From a virus (lineage: Duplodnaviria; Caudoviricetes): DNA of 24,009 nt. Under the pieces are notes generated by a model. The model was not told the DNA's origin and ran no database searches. It worked only from the letters and a program-made list of their open reading frames with translations. The DNA lies in the IMG/VR virus record IMGVR_UViG_3300043394_000086, positions 1 to 24,009 of that record; one strand, written 5' to 3'. A program made the position numbers and the translations under genes. Shown here piece after piece: positions 17,301-24,009 of this stretch. Positions within the stretch are counted from its first letter, which is position 1. Every line of letters starts with the position of its first letter.

Positions 17301-20300
17301 ACAGAAATTCTTGCCGAACTGCGAGCCGAGGAATTGGCGCAAGCCAAAGACAAAGCACTTACCTCGATCTACGGGGATGTGCGCAGTCCGCGGGACATTC
17401 GTTCATCCCAGACGCGGGTCAACCGCTTGACTGGAAAAGCTCTCGGCAGCGTGCGCCAACAAAGTCCGCAGCGGTCGTTGGAGAAACTCGGCTTGGCCCA
17501 ACGTGAAGTCACGCAAACACCAAACGACAAACAGCGGAAAGCGTTCGAGGACTTGGAGAATTTCTTAGAGGGTCAAGCTCTCTCCGGCCGATCCCGTGAA
17601 GACATCGAGAAAGGTATCCTGAACCGTATCGAAAAGGGGACGGTAGGGATGCTCAACAGAGCCAAGACAATCCTCGAAAAAGAATTTACGGAAGGGCTCA
17701 AGGGCAAAGCGAAAGGCGATGTTGTCCGCGCCATCAATCAGGTAGCAGACCGCTACCGCCGCCTCGGGAAGTTCAACCCGATAGCCATAGCGACCCAAGC
17801 GGCATTTTCTGCCAAGCGGTCCATCCGCCGCCAAGAAAGCAACGACCCGACGGTCAACATGACCGACCAAGAAGCCGAGCAAGTCACGGCTCGTCAGGCC
17901 CCCGTCGATACCGAGACACGACAAGCCGCGGTGACTGAGGAATTGGAGCGTGTGCCGGAGACGCGGGAAGCTGAAGTCGGGCAAGCTGAACTCCCAGAGG
18001 ATAGCGACCAACAGACAGAAGAGGGTGCCGTCGCCGCTTCCGAGGAGGAGGATGTCCAAGACGCCTTGGAGCAGGGCCGTGACCGCCTTCTTCAGATCAA
18101 TGACGACGATCTGGACCTCGTTCTCAGAAACAGAGCCCTACTTCAAGATGAACGCGGAAGGGCTCTCCGTGGTCAAAAGAGTAGCCTCAATGCGGCTCAA
18201 CGTAGACGAGCCCTTGAAATTGAACGCTTTATATCAGGAGAACTAAACTATGAAGACATCTACCCCAATGCCGGAACAAGAGGAGGAGACACCGCCGTCG
18301 CCGATGGTGCTGTCGCTGCTGGCCGGACGAGCCCTGGAGAAGTATTATCCGGAGCTTCTCGATCAGTTGCCCGCGGAACTGCAAGAACGCGCGGTCAGCG
18401 GGGACCAGACCGTGTGGGCGGACCTGATCAAGGAGCAGCCGGAACTGTTCAGACAGCCCCCGTTCAGCGCGATGGAGGATCTGGCGTTCCAGCACCTCTT
18501 GACCCCCAAGCCGTCCGCGCAAGAGCCCGAGCCACTACCCGACGATTTGTCCAGTCCTTTGCCCGCCTAACCGACGCGGAGCTAACTGCGCTCTCCGATG
18601 CCGAACTTGATCGCGCCCGGCAAGCCATCCTCAATGAACGCGACCCAGCCGAGGCGCTGGCCAATCGCGTAGCGATCGGATCCACCGCGGCATCGGTCGC
18701 CGACTTGGCGCGGAGGTCCGGATTGGATCTGCTGCGCGGAGCCGCAGCAGAACTCGCCACCGAGCAGGCCAACGCGGACGCAGTCAATACCGCCCGCGAT
18801 AACCTCGGAGCGTTGTTGCGGAGCGGTGCGTTCGCCGATGCCAACACGTTTCTGGACCGCGTATCGACCACCGGCTCAATGCCGCGGGATATGGCTCTCC
18901 GCGCACGAGAGTTCTTAAAACTCGCTCGGCCAGAAATTAACCTAGACCCGAGACTCAGGCGGGGAGCCCGTAGAATCGACTTCAATAATGTCGGCATCCA
19001 GATCGGACGTTTCGGACCGGATACTTCTTGGGCAGGACTGACCACAGGTGCGGACGGCAGTTACAACATCGCGATCAACCTCGATGCCGTGCACGACCGC
19101 GACAGCGTGGTTAACACGATGCTGCACGAGCTTCAGCACGTTGTGCTCAAGGAGAAAGTTGCCCGCCGCATTCCGCTCAACCGTGTCGAGCAGGAGGCAC
19201 TCGACCGCTTGGAGGGCATTCGACGTGAGGCGGTGATTCGCGCCGCCCGTGATCGGAAGCTGAATGTTCCCGATCAGCCAACTGATGCCGATGTGGCGAG
19301 ACTTACCAAAGAGCTTGTGGATCTGTCCGACCCAGCACTGGGCATAGATGCCGACCGCTCGCTGGCTTCGCTGGAAAACTTGGATGAGTTCGTCGTCGAG
19401 GTGTCGAGCAATCCGGAGTTGGCCGACCTCATGGTGCGCCTCGGCTTCGGCGAAGGCAAAGGCAAGGTGACTATGCTGGGAGCCTTGAAGAATGCGTGGG
19501 ACGCCTTGGTTCAATTCGTCACTGGGGTCAAAGCCGATCCAAACTCGCCCCTGGCCAAAGCCTTCAAAGATTCTTGGATGGTCACTTTTGCCAACACCGG
19601 AGCCGACCTTAACCTGGGTGACTACACAATTCCTGAAGTTCGCCGCACGGCGATGGCCGATGAACTGGCCAAGATGGCGGAGATCCGCGCCTTCATCGAC
19701 GCACGGGTCGAGCAAGAGAACTTGGCTGGTACGACCGAAGAGCGCAACCGCTTCTTGGCCGAGTGGAGCCAGCTAAACTCGAATCCCCGGACGGCCCCGG
19801 CCCGCAAGGCTCGCAAGCAAGCGGCCAAAAAACAAAAAGCCCGAGCCCAGCAAGCCGCAGAGCCGGAGAAGAAAGTTGAACAGCCCAAGAAAGTTGAACA
19901 GCCCAAGAAAGTTGAGACGAAAAAGACCGAGCCTCCCAAAAAGACCGAGACCAAAAAGGAAACCCCGCCGAAACCTCCCGAGGTAAAGAAGGCGGTCAAA
20001 ACGGCTAAGACCAAAACCGTCAAACCTCAGTCTCCGGCGGCAAGTGAAAACGAATTCGACGAGGCAAAGAATACTTTGTCTGAAGACGAGTGGGTCAAGT
20101 GGCTCAAGCAAAACGGATACACGCTCGGGGATGATGCCGACTATGCTCGGATGGTTTATCGCTCAAACCGTAGTAATAACGCCGCAACACCGCAGCAAGC
20201 TGCACGCAACACGGTTCAGGCTTCACAGAGCCGAGCCATCAGACCCAATTTGACGCCAGAGGGTATGGCGAAATGGGATAACGCCGAGGCTTACGCCGAC

Positions 20301-23300
20301 AGTCTTGCCCGCATGACTCAAGACGAGGTGGACAACGTAGATCCTTACGACAACTCGTATGGCTTTAAGATCTGGGAAGCTCGCAAATTGATTTCAAAAA
20401 TCCCAGTCAATAGTCGGAAGTTCAAACGGGTCACTGAAGACAACACCAATCTCCTGTGGCAAGAATATGAATTTGTCGCCAACGTAAACGGGGAGCCTTA
20501 CGGCCTAAATAGATACGAAGATCCTGATGACGATGAATTAATCGTGTATGCCTTCTCGCCAATATACCCAGATACTAGACCGATTGAAACTACTTGGGGA
20601 AAAGGCAACGAAGATGAGGTAGTCAAAGAAATGGTGGCCCACCAACAGGGCCGACAAGTTTCACAGAGCCGAGCCCGCGCCAAGGTATCGCCGAAGTCCG
20701 CCGGCCGCGCACTACTCAGACTTGCAGAACAGCGCGGCCAAGCCCTGTTCCAACTTCCGGCGACGTTGTCCGACAGCGAAAGTCTTCTGGAAGTTATGGG
20801 ATCTACGGGACAACCATTCTCTCTGGTTGCTCTTGGTGGCCGCAACGAAAGCAACCCAGAAAACTATTTTGTAAGTTCTCAGAACTCTTTGGAGATCGGG
20901 GCTCCCGCTATCTTCGAAACCGAAGATGGATACGAAAAAACTGTTATTACAGCCATTACTCCTAAAACTGTTGGTGTTCGGCTTTCTGACGGTTCGGAGA
21001 CGTTCAAACCAAAGCATACCGTTGTCACTGGTCGCGGATGGGTTGGTCTGTCAAAGCGGGGCCGTTGGATCATGGATTCAAAGCGCGGTGAGATCGATAA
21101 GGTCGCTTACGTGATAAGCTCTGACCGAGGTAATGAATGGCCGATCGTAAACTCAAGGGAACTCTACCAAGGAATTTATCAATGGGCGCACAACACCAAC
21201 AAACTGATCGTCCCTGACGCGACAACGTCTTGGGCTGGCAACTATCGCCGCAACGCGCATCAGCTTTCTTCCGCGCTCCGCAATAAATCCGCGGACCACT
21301 TTATCCCTACGGTCGACCAGTTAAAAAGGATGTTCCCTGACATCGAAGCTGGGCCGGATCGACAGACATTTGATGGCTTGGCCGATCCAGACATGTGGGA
21401 TGAAATCGGAGCAGATTTAGGTTTGGTTTCGGTCGAGCCTCCCTCGAATCCGGTTCTGACCGATGCGTGGAACGCCCTTGGAGCCGAGGAAAAAATCGCC
21501 GCCTTGGCCCGCGCTGAGATCAGTTATGTTGAACAAGCGATCCCAGAACTTGTCTCAATGGTATATGACCGGAGGACCGACAGCTTCAGAGACTTGGACC
21601 AAGGCCGATCCTTGGATCGAAACCAAGCAAGAGAACGACTTGGTGAACTCATTACGCGCCAAGAGGGCCGCGAAGATCTGGCTGAACCCGAGCGAGTCGG
21701 AGAGGCAACTCTTGTGCGCTATATTGCGGAGAAGGCCGCACTTGAAGGACGCCTCGGAAACGGGTCTACGCGGGATGGTGCTCAGTCTAATCTAGACCAG
21801 ATTGCTTACTCCCGAGCCCGCGGTCGCGTCTGGCGTTCAACGACCAAGGCGATACCCACAAACTTAGGCACCAAGAAGGACGAAGACGGTAACCGGATTC
21901 CTGGCACAGTGACGCAAGGCGGCATGTTTGCCGTCGATGAGCTTCTCGACAAACGAGCAGGGGATCTCTACCGCGAGAGCCGGATGGCGATCAAAGCCGA
22001 CGTGGCGGTCATCCAAGAACTCTCCCGGCTCTTGGGGCGGCAGATGAAGAGGTTCTTCAAAGGCCAGACCCCGCCGCTGGAAATCATCAACACGGCCTTG
22101 GGTAACTTGGAGAACCCCCTGACCGAGCAGCAGATCAACGAGATCGAGCAGATGCGGTTGAATGGTCAGACCAACCAAGCGGCCAAGAAGCGTGACCAAT
22201 ACATCCGCGACAATCGCCGCAACTTCAAGCAGACCAAGCAGCCGGAAGCCTTGGCCCAGTTGCCCGAGGAGTTGGCAGCAACGATCCGCGAGATGTCTTC
22301 CCACATCGAGTCGCTCTCGCGCCGTCTCCCCAACGAAGGTCTGGTCAACGGCGACTTGGCGATCACGGTCGACGAGGCGCTCGGCACTTATCTCAACCGT
22401 AGCTACGCTATCTTCGACGACCCGCAGTGGGCCGATCGGGTGCGCAAAGACCCGAAGGTCATGGACGCGGCCCGCAAATACATCCGCAATAGCTTGGTCA
22501 AAGCCAAGACCGAGGAGCTTATCGTCAATGCCGCCGAGGACGGTCGCACGCTATCGCGTCAGGACGCTTCGGCGATGGCCAACGACTCGGTGTCCGAGGA
22601 TGAAGTCGAAAACATCCTCGAAGGCTACCTCGCTGTGGGGCAAGAGGCCCCGACGATCGAGGTGCTGTCCGGCCGGATCCCAGGGCAGAAGAATCTCAGC
22701 CTTTTCTACAAACGCGGAAATATCGCGCCGGAGATCCAAGCCCTCTGGGGTCGCTATGAAGATCCGACCGTCAACTATGCGAAGACGGTGATGAAACTCT
22801 CCAGTGTCATCGCCAACGACAATTTTCTCAGCGAACTGCGCGACCTCGGTATTGAGGAGGGATGGCTCTGGAGCCGCGAGAACAACCCCGACGATACCCG
22901 TCATCCTCCGGGCTACGTCCGCATCTCGACCGAGACGAACCCGACACTCGCGCCGCTTGGCGGCATGTATGCCCACCCGATGCTGGCCGAGGGGCTCTTC
23001 AAGATGTTCCCTGTCGGATCGACGGAGCAGCACTACTTCTGGCTGCGTTCGGCCATGAAGCTGACCGGCATTTCGATGGCGACCAAGACGGTCGGCTCGG
23101 TGGCCTCGCAGATCCGCAACTACTTGGGCAACTACTTGAACCTTGTGGCCACGGGTAACTTGGGTCTGCGCGACATCGCCAGCGGTGACTTCGCCCGCCG
23201 ATTCCAGAACTCCACGGACACGGTGCTGGCCAACACGTTCAGCAAATACCGCAACATGAGCCGCGCTGAATGGCGGGCCAAGATCGACGACTACATCCGC

Positions 23301-24009
23301 CGTGGCATTGTCGGCGAGTCAATCACCACCGGACTCCTCGAAGACCTCCTCACGGCCAGCCGCAAAGCCGGAAGTCCGGATTTCGGGGATGTCGTCTGGA
23401 ATAAGGTGGCAGAGCCCCTCAAGAAGGTGGCCGACTTCGCCACACGCACTTACTCGGCGGGTGATGATTGGTTCAAGGTGATGATCTACGAGGCCGAGCA
23501 GGACAAATACCGTAGAGCGTTCCCTGACTGGGACGACAACAAGGTCAAAGAGAAAGCCGCCGTCATCGCCCGTGACATCCACTGGACCTACTCGCTGGCC
23601 CCAGCCATCGTGCAGGATCTCAAGAAGTTTCCTTTCATCGCGCCGTTCATCACCTTCACCAGCGAAGTCATCCGCACGACCTACAATCTGCAAAAGCTGG
23701 CCCGTCAGGAAATCATGGAGGGTCGCGCCACGGGCAACAAAGAACTCGAAGCGATCGGCTGGAAGCGCGTGCGTGGCATGACCACGGCGGCTTTCCTTCC
23801 GCTCGCAGTCGGTTCCGCCTCGATGGCGATGGCCGGAATCTCCGGAGATGACGAGGAAGATCTGCGGCGATTCCTGCCTGATTGGCAGAAGAACAGCCAG
23901 CTTCTCCTCTTCCGCAAAGCCAATGGTGAGGTCGACTTTGTCGATGTCAGCTTCCTCGACCCCTACGAGTATTTCAAAAAACCGCTCTATGCGTTCATGC
24001 GCTCGCTGC
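14304..24009 (+). CDS. Giant polyvalent internal virion protein, at least 3,235 aa, 3'-partial
   Basis: ATG at 14304 (MAWLDKYGITEG...). The frame was open in every segment I translated and ends ...DVSFLDPYEYFKKPLYAFMRSL at the window edge. The ORF track lists no + ORF in this frame, as expected if there is no stop. It contains Gly/Ala hydrophobic N-terminal helices, an HExxH domain and an LPD38-like C-terminal region (GDDWFK; PFIAPFITF; LPDWQKNS). Confidence 0.88.
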   Translation, partial: MAWLDKYGITEGDVVLDLLQDPFNRDTEAKAETELTLSDSAEQQADDFSRLSVAPDGPAREAQPEPVEVDEAGLPSWLAKYEATDPLYQFTSPARSIGEEFSVGLERGVDQTQGLGYGLVGLMGQALGVEGIEEFGLENYVRKMEEAAQNQATVQDPFEEIEGVGDAATYAAGLLGEQIPQLLASAVGGGVGGVVGKTLAKRIIANEVGKRVAAGMAGREFASEAAKVAARAKLAAKAGTEVAEQVAKGVLMSEGQAATRGGIAGAYLSNFGQIAGGSFGQIAQETGEGDALAAAAFAAPGAALDTLGEVFIAGKFLKPFTKTGRAAMEGVDTATGISFPGRVARKVGVGLPSAAVLEGGTEYVQTGLEQAAVGAADPNRTIEEVVGTPEAERERQIAAAAGAVVGGGLGGAGSVIEALAPQTAAKLRETTQRRTADAPAEPGAALPGQWSQSVEVNGITMRKSASGIWAAINPPEDLDPAAPRNTLEDGSKVIVLRSSAGEQNSWLIEEAESALNDVADEQTADDVTEAETQQIADDEDELGEDAELQEVRQGLAIGEEPPRQDLGTGQPMKSAEESARAIDDIYTEAERQGQSPFSALFQRKRADAENSRQRKAEERMLQWSRIIARKPDETKQFVDGLKPGDRVSIASGDVGDNDFTETTGIFVKRRPSGNAVFKVARLSPRSAEATAEQRARGETLVGPVQRIDITPDKFNRISLAPPPESRPLVSPFEETMRELLGANPDKRAAEQALGSPYTGKGAPQETTITNRLGSGPIPVLVRWFNKKGEKGTIIPTFKGKFTNSPLTTVFQMNEGLSVEVPDDQLADLSPDIQVESVSDKKGGRRNIVTAVNLWGRTYRRGKTPADFSVDLPLTLRGSKSRKQGVWLFDEIYRNAPERIAMSEAGRQAAETRQGGPLEEQLRRVAGNIAKLDAVENMFYQDDFQRATDFLENSNLPENEKRLAQQMAQDKVVLAYEKAARTSRGAPFRAEGRDRIAKRLTEILAELRAEELAQAKDKALTSIYGDVRSPRDIRSSQTRVNRLTGKALGSVRQQSPQRSLEKLGLAQREVTQTPNDKQRKAFEDLENFLEGQALSGRSREDIEKGILNRIEKGTVGMLNRAKTILEKEFTEGLKGKAKGDVVRAINQVADRYRRLGKFNPIAIATQAAFSAKRSIRRQESNDPTVNMTDQEAEQVTARQAPVDTETRQAAVTEELERVPETREAEVGQAELPEDSDQQTEEGAVAASEEEDVQDALEQGRDRLLQINDDDLDLVLRNRALLQDERGRALRGQKSSLNAAQRRRALEIERFISGELNYEDIYPNAGTRGGDTAVADGAVAAGRTSPGEVLSGASRSVARGTARTRGQRGPDRVGGPDQGAAGTVQTAPVQRDGGSGVPAPLDPQAVRARARATTRRFVQSFARLTDAELTALSDAELDRARQAILNERDPAEALANRVAIGSTAASVADLARRSGLDLLRGAAAELATEQANADAVNTARDNLGALLRSGAFADANTFLDRVSTTGSMPRDMALRAREFLKLARPEINLDPRLRRGARRIDFNNVGIQIGRFGPDTSWAGLTTGADGSYNIAINLDAVHDRDSVVNTMLHELQHVVLKEKVARRIPLNRVEQEALDRLEGIRREAVIRAARDRKLNVPDQPTDADVARLTKELVDLSDPALGIDADRSLASLENLDEFVVEVSSNPELADLMVRLGFGEGKGKVTMLGALKNAWDALVQFVTGVKADPNSPLAKAFKDSWMVTFANTGADLNLGDYTIPEVRRTAMADELAKMAEIRAFIDARVEQENLAGTTEERNRFLAEWSQLNSNPRTAPARKARKQAAKKQKARAQQAAEPEKKVEQPKKVEQPKKVETKKTEPPKKTETKKETPPKPPEVKKAVKTAKTKTVKPQSPAASENEFDEAKNTLSEDEWVKWLKQNGYTLGDDADYARMVYRSNRSNNAATPQQAARNTVQASQSRAIRPNLTPEGMAKWDNAEAYADSLARMTQDEVDNVDPYDNSYGFKIWEARKLISKIPVNSRKFKRVTEDNTNLLWQEYEFVANVNGEPYGLNRYEDPDDDELIVYAFSPIYPDTRPIETTWGKGNEDEVVKEMVAHQQGRQVSQSRARAKVSPKSAGRALLRLAEQRGQALFQLPATLSDSESLLEVMGSTGQPFSLVALGGRNESNPENYFVSSQNSLEIGAPAIFETEDGYEKTVITAITPKTVGVRLSDGSETFKPKHTVVTGRGWVGLSKRGRWIMDSKRGEIDKVAYVISSDRGNEWPIVNSRELYQGIYQWAHNTNKLIVPDATTSWAGNYRRNAHQLSSALRNKSADHFIPTVDQLKRMFPDIEAGPDRQTFDGLADPDMWDEIGADLGLVSVEPPSNPVLTDAWNALGAEEKIAALARAEISYVEQAIPELVSMVYDRRTDSFRDLDQGRSLDRNQARERLGELITRQEGREDLAEPERVGEATLVRYIAEKAALEGRLGNGSTRDGAQSNLDQIAYSRARGRVWRSTTKAIPTNLGTKKDEDGNRIPGTVTQGGMFAVDELLDKRAGDLYRESRMAIKADVAVIQELSRLLGRQMKRFFKGQTPPLEIINTALGNLENPLTEQQINEIEQMRLNGQTNQAAKKRDQYIRDNRRNFKQTKQPEALAQLPEELAATIREMSSHIESLSRRLPNEGLVNGDLAITVDEALGTYLNRSYAIFDDPQWADRVRKDPKVMDAARKYIRNSLVKAKTEELIVNAAEDGRTLSRQDASAMANDSVSEDEVENILEGYLAVGQEAPTIEVLSGRIPGQKNLSLFYKRGNIAPEIQALWGRYEDPTVNYAKTVMKLSSVIANDNFLSELRDLGIEEGWLWSRENNPDDTRHPPGYVRISTETNPTLAPLGGMYAHPMLAEGLFKMFPVGSTEQHYFWLRSAMKLTGISMATKTVGSVASQIRNYLGNYLNLVATGNLGLRDIASGDFARRFQNSTDTVLANTFSKYRNMSRAEWRAKIDDYIRRGIVGESITTGLLEDLLTASRKAGSPDFGDVVWNKVAEPLKKVADFATRTYSAGDDWFKVMIYEAEQDKYRRAFPDWDDNKVKEKAAVIARDIHWTYSLAPAIVQDLKKFPFIAPFITFTSEVIRTTYNLQKLARQEIMEGRATGNKELEAIGWKRVRGMTTAAFLPLAVGSASMAMAGISGDDEEDLRRFLPDWQKNSQLLLFRKANGEVDFVDVSFLDPYEYFKKPLYAFMRSL
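18250..18570 (+). CDS. Nested +1-frame gene inside the giant ORF, 106 aa acidic protein
   Basis: AGGAG at 18236-18240 and A-rich spacer before ATG at 18250; G/C-ending codons in this frame while the host frame becomes a low-complexity G/A/R/P linker with many A/T-ending codons. Confidence 0.65.
   Translation: MKTSTPMPEQEEETPPSPMVLSLLAGRALEKYYPELLDQLPAELQERAVSGDQTVWADLIKEQPELFRQPPFSAMEDLAFQHLLTPKPSAQEPEPLPDDLSSPLPA
19026..19530 (+). other. Zincin-like metallopeptidase domain within the giant protein
   Basis: WAGL...YNIAINLD...VNTMLHELQHVVL (HELQH at 19125-19139), followed by SLENLDEFVVEVSSNPEL (candidate third ligand Glu near 19386) and NAWDALVQFV. Confidence 0.75.
19869..19915 (+). repeat. 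18-bp tandem repeat (about 2.6 copies) in a Lys/Glu/Pro linker
   Basis: AAGAAAGTTGAACAGCCC twice plus AAGAAAGTTGA, encoding KKVEQP-KKVEQP-KKVE; degenerate KTEPPK/KTETKK units follow. Confidence 0.9.
20222..20675 (+). repeat. 16-bp direct repeat pair bounding an in-frame 438-bp segment
   Basis: TTCACAGAGCCGAGCC at 20222-20237 and 20660-20675; both encode SQSRA in the giant ORF. Confidence 0.85.

Larger units (their letters stand above)
1..24009 (+). mobile_element. Tailed phage/prophage structural gene module, podovirus-like
   Basis: Co-oriented, tightly packed genes, several overlapping as TAATG or ATGA. They include capsid-like, nozzle-like, S74 tail fibre, Gly-rich adhesin and ejection-like proteins. 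No host housekeeping genes, integrase, or recognisable sheath/tube/tape-measure genes are seen. Free phage versus prophage cannot be decided here. Confidence 0.93.

Noticed and set aside
17950-18246. +1-frame ORF just before the nested gene
   Set aside because: GTG start with Arg/Lys/Ser-rich shadow composition; the host frame carries the normal coding signal there.
21463-21795. Second possible nested +1-frame ORF (110 aa)
   Set aside because: The C-terminal half looks mildly protein-like, but there is no clear SD-start pair and the host frame appears to encode a structured domain here. Not supported without homologues.
14297-23923. Many short ORFs on both strands listed across the last 9.7 kb
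   Set aside because: They are off-frame or antisense shadows of the single giant ORF. The region is neither a pseudogene nor recoded, because the main frame needs no stop-codon reassignment.

Overview
The whole window is the virion-morphogenesis module of a tailed dsDNA phage or prophage with podovirus-like (short tail plus ejection proteins) organisation. All credible genes are on the + strand. Order: 3' end of a probable scaffolding gene; a 480-nt intergenic region holding a promoter-bounded, highly base-paired ~185-nt candidate ncRNA and the capsid promoter; major capsid protein; two small proteins; a tail nozzle-like protein with inserted beta domains; a tail fibre with an S74 chaperone and a Gly-rich adhesin; an adaptor-like protein expanded by 104-aa repeats; a cupin-like protein; two internal virion proteins; and a giant (>3,200 aa) polyvalent protein. 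The ORF track omits this giant ORF because it has no stop inside the window. The most notable observations are the candidate ncRNA next to the head genes, a nested +1-frame gene inside the giant ORF, repeat-bounded domain cassettes in the giant protein, a scaffold-like C-terminal tail on a small acidic protein, and 11-residue repeats in an ejection protein. Product calls rest on motifs and gene order only; no database search was possible.
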